A stretch of 64,000 nucleotides of DNA, from assembly GCA_964057225.1 (NCBI GenBank), contig OZ059894.1, positions 16,430,001 through 16,494,000 on the forward strand, given 5' to 3'. The stretch comes from Auanema rhodensis (lineage: Eukaryota > Animalia > Nematoda). The position numbers and the translations under genes are program-made. The notes under the pieces are model-generated. The model made no database searches and was not told the origin of the DNA. It worked only from the letters and a program-made list of their open reading frames with translations. Below are positions 26,501-38,500 of this stretch, piece after piece (the stretch's first letter is position 1; every line of letters begins with the position of its first letter).

Positions 26501-29500
26501 TGGTTCATTGCAATTTTAAAAGAAATGCGGAAAAAAGAGAAATGCAGAATCAGAATACTGGAAGCAGAATGAAAAGACAACCATAAAAATGAACAAAATA
26601 ATGTTATTTAGTTGACATCAAAATAGAAACACAAATTGAAACTTTGCATGATGTTGTCTTTGCTCAAACTGCCTAGATGCTCGATGTGTTAGCATTGTAG
26701 CCAAGCGTCAAAAGTCTGACCAATAAGCCAAACCAGATGGCATAAGCAGGAGCACGAGGATAAACGAGTAGAGACTTTGGTTCAGGACAGCTCTAGCGTT
26801 TGGAAGAGGCAGATGAGCTAGAGGCTAAACGGAAGCAGAACCCAGCATGCATAGCACTGCCAGAGGTCTTTGCTCTCTCTATCCTTCTCTCTCTTCCTTT
26901 CTATAAATCCTTTCAATGTTCTCTTTCTCTCTATATGTCCCTATATTTTCTTTTTCTACCTCTTGCTCTTCTTCTCTCTTTGAATCTCTGGGTGACAAGC
27001 AGAATGAGGACGATGCTAATTAATAGAAGAAATATTGGTTCTGAAGGCTGAAGCACTTTCTGCCAATTCTCATTAAATAAACGGACCAGCAGCACCCAAC
27101 TGATTGTGTGTCATGTTATTTTAAAAAATAATAAATTTCAAGTACAAGGCATATACCTTGATATCCAAAAGAAAAAACATGCGAAAGCGCGTTGGCCTTT
27201 CATTCTATTGAGCAACTTTCGTTATAAATTTTGCCAAATAAAGTTTTAAATGTAAAACTTGGCGTGGAGTCAATGCGTTAAGTACGGAAATTATAACATC
27301 TTGTTCAATTTTATATATTCTGCTTCAAAATCAATAAAATTCGATATGCAAATTTGTCAAAAGAAAAGTTGGAATAAAGTAGTGTGTTGCTAAAAAAAAA
27401 AGCTTAGAAACTATTTTTATGAAAAATTGATATGATCAGAAAAGAATAATTCTCTTATTCTATGACTAATTTTAAAAATTTAATTAGAAAGATATGATTA
27501 GAATAATGAGAATAGTGAGAATATTTACGTGAAACGTGATTATATTATTCACGTGTAATCGAAAAAAATAATATTATTTTAATTTTCATTGAATAAGAGA
27601 ACGGTTGTTTTAATTTTTTTTTAAAAACTTATATTGATTATATATATAGTATACTATACTATATATATAATTGTTAAAAGAAAAGGAAATATTCAACTTC
27701 TTATACATATAATATGATTAGGCAGCTGATATTGAATACATTTCGATATCTAGCTAAACTACTGCTTAATGGAAAAATCAATTTGATTATGAGTTTTAAT
27801 GAGTTGGCAGCACCACGCAAAGTTTGAGTTTATAGGGGAAAAAGTTGGAGAAAAAGAAGTAAATGAAAGGAAAAGAAAGACAAAAGTTGAGATGAAAAGA
27901 ATGTTATGAATGAATGAGTTAATAAACTATCAAATATAATGTTACTAAAAAAGATTAAACTATATATTATTTATAATAATAATAATAATAATAATAATAA
28001 AATCAAACTATGAAAGGATTAGATAGTAGTTTAACGGTGCATACAACAAAAAAAATTTTTTGTTGCTCCGCTACTTCATTCAAAAATGCATAAGCTACTA
28101 GATCTCCGATGAAAGACGGAGAGATTGCTTATTAAGAACAGAACTTAAACGACACAGCAGACTGCCAAACAGGAAAAGCCCTATTCACACAAAATGTCAG
28201 ACAAGGTAGTCATATGGGCCAGATGAACCACAGTTTGACGACTTATAATTGGTGATCGATGGTGCTGAAGCATTTGATTGGCTGTGTGCTCTCTCTTTCT
28301 CTCTCTCCCTAGGAGGTAGCTGGGCTGGCTCTGAACTTTTACGTCTTTCTGCCATATTTCACGCCGCCAATGCCCTCAGATTATACTTGAATTGCAAAAG
28401 ATTACATTAGGAATTTTCCTTTTTTTCCTGATTACTTGTAAGTTCACAGAATGCAGGGAAAGAGGATTTGTAAAAGATTGATCCAAAAGAAGAGGAGATC
28501 AAGAAACATTTCAATTGCCTATATGACAGTATAACAAAAAAAAAGGATTGAACAAGGAAGTTAAAATTGAAGAATCTTCAAATTATCAAAATAATGATAC
28601 TGAATTGAGTTTTGAGGGAAGCACACACGATGGCAGTTGGCCAAAATAAAGTTTTGTTGTTGATAAAAGGTTGATTATAAGCATGCCAAGCATATTACAT
28701 ATGTTTGTAAACTGAAATTCAAATTTGACATGAACGTTATGGTAAAACCGGACAGGACAGACACAGCAAGACTTGAAATACAGACTTAATACTTGGAAAA
28801 ACACATTTTAGATGGTCTTCATACGTATTAAATGAACAAATAGAACAGTTCTGATAGATGAATCAAGATAGAGGAGCTTGGCAACGACAGGTCGACTGAT
28901 GACGACTCGACACACAGCAAACAAAACACCGCTAAACGGATAACACAGTTATAGTAAATCCTGTATAGCACTAGACGTTCAGACCTGAACACTCGACGGA
29001 ATCAGAAAAGCAACAGAAAACTGGGTAAGCTCAGAGGGTACTGGAAGAAACTCGTAAGGATGCTTCAAAATAATACAAGCAATAAGAGGTTAAACCCAGG
29101 AAGCAAGCATCACACGCAGAATAAAGAAGATATATACCAACCCGTGAGACTTTTGAACGGCGACATCTTCGTTTGACTAGCAGTTGTTGTTGCTGGCACA
29201 CTAGTTGTCGTAGTCTTCCGTCGATGATGTACTGACGTAGTTGACACAGTGGTTGTGATTGGTCTAGGCACCATTTGAGTTGTTCGACTGCCAGTAAGCG
29301 AACTGTTCTTGCTCGGACGCCAAGCAGGTCCAGTTACCATTGGCTCCGGAAGCAAGTCTATGTCGGCCCATATACTGTCGCCTAGATATTCAGGATTCTG
29401 TTCAGCTGCAGCACTAACACTTTCATATGGTCTTGGTAAAACTGTGACACGTGTAGATGCTCTGGTAGTTTGGATGTTAGGAGAAACTGTGCTGTTTTTA

Positions 29501-32500
29501 GACGTCGGGCGCCCGACGGGTGCGTGATGGCCCGGAAGCCGTGCGTCTGATCCGAGTTGCGACACGTGTTGCCGCGAATCTGAACCCGGTCGAGCATGTG
29601 GAGCCTGAGGCGCGATGGGATGTGGTGGCATCACAGTGGGGAGAGATTTCGGTGCCGTGGTGCGTCTGGCTTGAGTGGCTGCAGTTGTCGAAAGTGGCGA
29701 CAAAGTTGAATCTATATCGGATGCTTCTGTGCCTTCGATAGAGGAGAGATATATAATAGAAGGAGGAGTTAAAGGTGAAGAGCTACTAGTAGTGGAATAA
29801 GAAGAAGATTTAAAATCAGAAGAACTATAAGAAGGTGGTGGGACTGGTCGTGAGACGACGGAAGTTCGGGTAGAATCTGCAGACTTTCTAGGAGACTCAC
29901 CACGAACTGCAGAGGATGGTGGATTATTAGTAGTAGCACGTCGAGGAGCAGTAACCGCGGACGGAATCACTGGAATGAAGAAGCCTGCAAGAAAATAGAT
30001 TAGATGTTTTTGTCAAAGTTGAAAGAAAATATTTTAATATTTTTTCTCTTTTTAGCTTTTTGTTCGAAAAAAGAATGCATCATCATGTATTTTTCAGGAT
30101 GTATCGAACCGGAATCAGAATAATCTTCGTGAGACTGATAATCTTCTTGGCTGCTCCCGTGGAACGACATCGAATTCATACGATTTCGAGTAGCATCCAA
30201 ACGACTCGAATCGAAATTTGGAGCAAATCGTGGAGGTGGCGGAGCATTCAGACGACATTTTGGAGAGTTCCAATCCATCAAACAGAGGATTGGTAACACT
30301 GTGCTTGTCATCACAATCATCCATAGGGGCGGGTCCTGTGTATTTACATGACATAATCAAACAGATCATATTCTCATTAAGAGAAAGAAGTACGTGTTGA
30401 ATAATTCTATTTGGAACAATGAACATGAAACATTGGCATTTGGTTAACACAGAGAGCAAAGAGAAAGGATCAAATTTCTAATAGTTTGAGTTCAAATTGG
30501 AAGGTGGTTAGTAGATAGCAATATAGCCTTCAGAAATCTCATCTATCAAGTTTCGGGATGGAAAGAAATAAAAAAATAGAAAAAAGGCTCAACAAAAGGA
30601 ATAAACTGAACATGGATACATGAATATACAGCATGTATATGATCATATGAGGAAAATTGGGGTTAGATGAGCAATTTGAAGACATCGACTACATAGATAC
30701 TACTATTACTTACAATACATCGAAAGGATATTATAAGGTTTTATAAGAAAGAGGAAATGACCTTCATTTCAAGCAAAAACAAGGTATAGTATAGAAAATT
30801 TTCTAAACATATACATATATATATATATATATATATATTTTACTATGTTTCGATATAATATATTATAAAAGAATAATATTAAGTAAAGGGTTGGAAACGA
30901 GGTAATAGCAGAGTTTGAGATTGCTGATTTTGAAAAAAAAAAGAATAATCTTTTCATACAAAAATTGTTTATATGTAAACATAATATACTAATATATACT
31001 ATATAGTTTAAAAAAAAGGAAAAAATAACATCAGCTTGAAAAAAAAGTAAAATAGGAATAGATCAATGAGTATTGCAAGAAAATAATCTGAGAATGTGAG
31101 AAAAGCACATATTGCCTTGTTTCTTTCATTATATTGGAAAGAGTCAAAGAAAATGAAAGATATTTGGAGGGATGAAAGTTGAAAGTTGCTTATGAGTAGA
31201 TATTTGAAAATTATATGGAAAAATGAATAAAATTTGGAATAACGAAGACACAAAAATGAAGATGATGGCATGGCTTGTGACTGAGAAGAGCAATATTTCA
31301 AAAAGTTTTTAGATGAAATTAATTAGAATTACAATTAAAATAATAATTGAAACTTCTTTACATGAGTTTCTCGAAGAAACAATAGATATGAACAAGAGTT
31401 CGTTAAGTTGCCAAATAAAAAAAATATAATTAAAATGGAAAAGTAAGTGAAAGGATAAGAAAATCAGAGATGACTATGTTAATTAGATATGCACTAATAT
31501 AATTCCTTTCTGCCATCAAAGTTTTAAAAAGTTTTGAAAATAAGGAAAAAGAGAAGAAGGATAGATGTATTCCAAACAATTTCTGGAAACGAATTCTCAA
31601 GGAAAACAAGGAAGAGGTTTCAGATGTGAAACATGCTCTCTGGTGAAAGAAGGAAAAAAGAAAAAGAGAAAACATGAAGAATGACGAATAACTTGGTAAA
31701 TGAAGTACAAAGTTGATACTTTATCAACTAAACTTAAAGCTTGCGCTAGTTGTGCTCCATGATGAACGTTATGGTATTGGAGAGAGAGGGGAAGAACAAT
31801 AGATGAGCATTAGACTAATCATGACTTATATAAGATTTTCATAGTTAAAGAGTGCGAATATAAATATGACTATAGTTAACTATGTGCTTCTCTTGAGAAT
31901 GAATGAAAATAGAGAGGGGAAGAGAGAAAAAGAGACAAATAGAGAGAGAGAGAGAGAGAAAGAGAGGGAGAGAATAGGTCTTAAGGCCTTTATAGGAAGT
32001 GAGCTCTTCACAGTTATGCAAGGTTATGAATCCAGATGGCGCAACTGTTTGATTTTCAGTTCTTCATCTATTCTATCTCTTCCTATTCTCATGGCCTCTT
32101 AGCTGTAGAGATATCAAGGAAACGGCTCATCCCTCCCTCTCCCCCATCTTCGTCATCAACTAAAATACACGAAGGACAAAGCAAGTGTCGATAGCTAGCA
32201 AGCATGTGCTGACCAAAAGGGTTGTCTCACACTCTATTCCTTGATGTACGCCCCAGCTTGCTACTATCGACTTCCAGATTCTTAGCAAATTCAATCATTC
32301 CGACGACAAAACAATTTTTGAGCTCACGATGGCAGGAAAGACGACCAAATACTTTTTCTTAGTATAACGTATATATCAAGAGCTCAGATTATATATATAT
32401 ATAGTATATAACATATAGATAGATGTATGGATCAAGGTTATTTCGTAAACGAACAGTATGACACGTTCAGTCAAGCTGTTGCTTTTGAAAAACAAGTTTC

Positions 32501-35500
32501 TTTTTTTCATATAAATGATAGTAAATTAGCTGTCAACGAGCTGTCCAAGTAACAAAATAAACAGACAGACAAGACAAATATTGAAATTTCAGAATAAAAA
32601 GAAGAATGAAAGGAAAGATGGATATAGAACTATATTCTTTATTATAAAATGTCCGGAATTGAAGTATATGGTTTATATAATTCTCATATACCATCAAGTT
32701 CTCAAACGTTTCGTGGCGAAGGGCAAATAGAGCAAACTAGAAAGAAACGTAATGTTTTCGTGTACTTGGCATGTAAGCCGTCAAATATCTAAAATAGACA
32801 GGAAGGAAGAAATGTTGTTAAGATTGTTCCAAAAGCTTAGGTTCTTCCTTCTATTCAGCTTTGCTGTATGGAAGTCTCATCTTCATTGCAACGTCAGGCT
32901 CTCTGATTGAATTGGCGCACAACCGTTGCGAAGCTATTCAGCCGAAATTCTGTCATGAATCATGTACTTCTTTTCAACTATTCATCCTTATGTGTAATAG
33001 AGTGACAAGGTTGACGACATCAAAATTTGGAAGAAATGGAAAGAAGAATCATTCGTACAAGTACATACATCGACACGTTTCTAATCAAAGAGCATTTGTA
33101 GGAGAGAACATGAAAGCTAATTTCACAAACCAAATGATCAGAAAGTTCTAAAAGAGTGGAATAGTCAATGGGGAATATGTAAACGAGTTCAAACAGTGAT
33201 ATTGATGAGAAGAGAAGTTCATAATCTTCGAAATAAGACAAATTGTAGTTAGATGAATGAATATGTTAAACATATACCAAACATCGCTCTATGTCTCGAA
33301 CATTTGGAAAAGTCAAAAAGTAGATATACGAGTAGGCTCGACAAGATGCCAAACCGAAAGTAAGAGAGAGAAGGAAATAGATAGATAGATAGATAGATAG
33401 ATAGACGTCATTCCTGGATTCGGAAATAACCGCATTGGGTGCGATCTGGTGAGCTGTCTTCTGCTAAGACAACAGGCACAGCCCCCAAGAGACAGATTGG
33501 CCTTTCGAATCAAGAGTCTTGTATTCTAAGAGAAAGCTCTTAGTTTCATCTTCATCTTTTTCTATATCTCTCCAGATGCATTACTCTTTGGTAGACATTT
33601 GTCATTTTTCTTGCTAAGTTATTCCAAAAACCGTTTATAGCATGGACGTTTCGGAAGAATCATGCCCAAAAGAAAAGATATTGACAGATCATGCTGTAAG
33701 CTTAAGCAAGTGCCAAAAAGACGAAATTTCTCTAATAAGTATAGCTCATGAATCGATTACACATCACCAATTCTTTTTTCTACTTCAACATTTGAAGCTA
33801 ATGCTTATTAAGATCTAAAGAGAATGTGTGTGAAGTGAAGTAAATAAGATATTTTCAAGAAGAGCTCAAGTCCAAAAACATTTATTTATTTCAAAAATCC
33901 AAAGAAGGAAAACGATTAGAAGCACCAATCTTAAACATTAATTCATTATGTTAGTACTTCTTCAAATTCGAAAGAATTGAAATGTTGCCAAGAGAAAAAT
34001 AAATTTAATTTTAAATAATAATAACAATAATTATAATTATAGTAATCTATAAATATAAAAAATCAATTCAAATGTAGTATAGAATAATCATATCCAAAGA
34101 AATATTATCTATCGTGTTATCTTTCTGCATGACGGACTACATGCGGATATGCTGATATTAGTTGTCTACAATCATGAATTTGACATCTTCAAAATCGTGG
34201 ATATGTCCCGATAAGATGAAGAAAAGTTTCAAATATAAAGATATAAACAATAATAATCTTGAAGAAGTTATATAGCTATTATTACTAATATAACTGATAT
34301 GTAACATATCTTTTTTCATTTTCATAAATCGTAATTTACTTAAGATGAAAGTTATTGTAAACAGCCAATTGATCTACGAAATTATTTTTTGCAAATTGGC
34401 TGAACCAACTGAAAAGGAAGCGAATTCATGGAAAATGGGTGGGTATTGGCATCGATACATGAAGAGTTGCAAGAAAAAAGGATGAAAAGCAAAAGAAAAT
34501 CCGTGAGTATGATACATATATGTGTCAAGTTGTTTAATCATCTGAATACCAGTTTGGTGGGTTAGTGAGAAGAGCAATACATACATTAACATGTACAAAC
34601 CACGTTTAGAGCTTATATAGAAAGAGAAAAAAAGAAGAGCTTGGCCAAAAGAGTTAGACAGGCAGACCTGCGCTTCTTTGACAAGCAACAACATGGCTGT
34701 GATTGCTGGTCTTTAGAGCTTGTCAAGCTACTTGGAGAAATTGAACACCTAGAGATTTAGTGGAAATGTGTCTTTTTCCCAGTCAAATGCATATACACAT
34801 ACATATAGACAACGTCCACTAAAATCGCAATCCAATGCATGTCTCTTCATTTTGCTCGTTTTCAATTACATAGTAAATGCTGAATAAGCGAGAAACCATA
34901 CAAATAGGTTAGTAATGTGAATCAAAAAAAAAAGGAAAAACATTAATTGTTAATTTCTTTCTCTTTTTTTTTGGAAATCCAAGACAAAAAATATGAAGCG
35001 ATAGTGAAATGAAATATTGGAATATTATAAGGATAAAATGATGGCAAAATTTGCTCAAGAAACTTTTAAGATGTGTCTGGATTTGAATCGAAAAAAAGGT
35101 CATTTTGAACATTTTTTTGAGAAGAAAAAAACAATAACGAAGTGAAAAAAGAAAGTTATTGTGTTTAAGATATACTTGCAACTGCAATTGCATGATCGGA
35201 GAGAAAAAAATTAGACAAAAAAGAAACGTGTAGGACAATTGAGCTCAATTGAGCGTAAAGTTGTTTGACGCTCTGAGCATATTCAGGAAGAAAACGAAAA
35301 CGAAGACTAGCTAAGGTTGTGAAGATTAGTTGCTTCTTATTACGCAGCAGTGGCGCCTTTTCATTATAAAAAGATAAATCGGTGGATTAAGTGAATGTCA
35401 AAAGAGAACCTCATACTAACTTCAGCTGAGCACAGAACTTGAAATTGAAAAATGCAATACAAGAAATTAAAAATGGTAATATTTGATAAAAACCAAAAAA

Positions 35501-38500
35501 AACTGGAATGCAACTGCTTTGTGTGTCGTAATGATCAGAATTAAAAACATCTTCTTTCATAGAACATCTTAACATCCTTCAATGAAAGAAGAAATGATTT
35601 TGCTCAATCGAGTTACGATTAAGAAAAGCTTTTTATGGAGGAACATGACAACACAGGTGGCTTACACTGGATAAAGTAGTTGTGAATGCTAAGATGACAA
35701 CAAAACCTTTTGCACATGTGAGATAAAACCAACAAATTTCTATTCTGGACACTTGAAATAATAGCAGTGAAAGAGCTTCTCCTCAATTATTTGTCAGAAG
35801 GTCAGTGGAGCAGAAGAAGATGGTCATTGAAATAATACCTGAATAGTGTATTATCCTTCAAAACTCGTTACTTTCTTCAATCATTACTACTGCTTAACTA
35901 TGGAAAATATAGTAAGTGAAGCCATATAGAACAACACCATTGGCTTCAAAGCCAACCAGGCCCGTGTAAATCATAAAAAGTTTAATCAGTTGGATGCTAT
36001 TGATAAAATAAAATTTTCTAGAATGTCGTCTAAAACTTCCCAATATTATCTTGAATGAGAGCAAATCTCATGTGTATTTATCCAAATTCGATAATTTTTT
36101 CGACAATTTGCAGCATATCTATATCAAAAAGACTCAATTTAGTACTAATTCTAGAAAAACTTGTATTGTAAAGGACATTTAACTATATATTAAACATAAC
36201 AAAAAATATTAAAAATATAATAATAAATTCTCAATAGAATTATAATATTCAAATTAACTTATAAGTATATAGTTAAATATAATTTATTAATATATAGTTA
36301 ATTGGAGTTAAAATTTTAAAATATAATGATAATCAAAACAAATAATTTTATGAAGAAGACAAGAAAAAAGAAAATTTTTTTTCTTCAATTTTTGTCATAT
36401 TGTTTTATGATATTCAACTGATCATAAACCAACAACTTCTCACGCACAATATCTCAAAATGAAATAAAATTATTTAAAATGTGAAGGATAAGTGAGACGG
36501 GGCTAGTAAGATATACAAGAAGTTCAAGAAATTATGCCCCAGAGATGGTACCACATGTGACAAGTGGTCAGTTCATGAATAATGTTTTTAAGAAAGCTAT
36601 TTTAAAAATTGTTTTTAGTGATGTTCAAAAAACATATTTAAGTAGTTAGCTCATAAGAAAATCAGAAAAAAATAAAGTTCCTAAATTCTTCTTTAATAAC
36701 TAAATTGTATTCACATTGTATTATGTGTATATAAGATTCAGTCAAAAGCATGCACATAGCGTAACTATAGGTGAAATTACAAATTCAAGAATCTAATCTG
36801 AAAATATTAATATTTGAATTTGGAAGCATAGATTATGAGCAATGATGCATGTTGCTTTCCTCCAAAAAAACCAAAAGAAATATAATTATCACAGTTGCAT
36901 AGCTACTCTCAAAGTTTGTTAGAATCCACTCAAAATTCAGGAATTGCAACATTGCAGCATAAAAACTAATAGGACAAGATATATTTTGTTTCGAAGCCGA
37001 AGAAAGAAATAATAAAAAGTCAAAGAATATGAAATCAACTTCCGATTGATAAGTTGATGTGTATGCATATAATAGATTTGCTATCAAAAATAGTTTTAGT
37101 AATATACTCAATATCATTCGATTCGATGATTTCTAATACAATGATGACACCTTTTCTTTTTTGTTTTTATTTATTGTTTTATATATTAATAGATAAAAAT
37201 AACATTTTTTCATATCAAAACTAACCTGAATGTTCCGTTTCAACATAGCAACTATCATGTTCTTCTACTGTTAAGCAAGCGGCACCGAGCGACTCTATTA
37301 GGGCGTCAGCAGAATTCTGAAAAAAAAACAATTATTATTATTATATTATGATATAATAAATAATTTGTTCTCAGGTAATAGTAATTTGTTGCAGTAAAAT
37401 GCATTTAAAAGTTTTATAATATTGAAAGAATATATAGAATATGTCAGACGGATATTTTTGAATAAAAGTAAAAGCAAACAAATAACTGCAGAAATTTAAT
37501 ATTTCAAAATCACATAATGCGAGAAAAGAAAAAAAAATAGAAGCAAAAGTTGAGGTGACGACTTCACAGCCATACTGAAAGTGGCCACAAAAGCTGGATA
37601 GCCTCTATGGAATTGCTATCATTCAACACGAAAAGGCAATAGAGCACAACAAAACTTGACATTTATCAAGATAAAAATGTTGAAAATCTGATTTGAAACG
37701 AAGATTTTTACCAATGTGACGAAAAAAAATTTTTTGGTCTTCCTCTACTTTTCTTTGTTTTAATATTTAGCTGTACTTTACATCTTTTATGAATTTGAAG
37801 AGAAATTGTTAATGATTTCGAAACTCATTTCATATTCGGAATATGGAAGGTACAGAGTTCGAGAAGAAAAACAAAAAATATTTTCGATTTAGCTTTCAAA
37901 TTAATTTCTTCAAGATAAAAAAACAATGAGCTTACGTCCATTCCTTCCTGCATCATTTCTTCACTTGGCTGCTCAACAGGAGGAGATTCGTGAACTTTCT
38001 TAACAGATCCAATAGCAAATACACGTGGCGATCCTAAATAATTAAATATAACTATATTAATTATATTATCATATTAATATATAATAATAAAATCAAATGT
38101 TCAAGAAAAATAGGGGAAAATGGATTATGAGGACATTAACAATACTTTAGTTTCCAGATTAAAGTAAATGATCAAACATCTTTTCATGAATGAGAGGTAT
38201 AATTTACGTAATATAGAAAATCATGACGATAATAATATGATGAAGCTTATTATATTTAACATTTGAATATGCTATACATAATATTATTATTATTATTATT
38301 ATTTTAACATACATGACATATAATTTAGATATATATTTATATATATATATAGGCATATTGAATATTATATAAAATGATTATGATAATCAATAAAGTAAGC
38401 TATATGATTTAAACAATTTTGATTCGTAAATTATAATATTATATTGCACTAACTATATTATACTTTATCATCAAAAGAAGAAATAAAAGTTATATAGCAT

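Noticed and set aside
29309-30400. Plus-strand and alternate-frame ORFs over 29.3-30.4 kb
   Set aside because: Shadows of the GC-rich nrx-1 stalk exon and exon B
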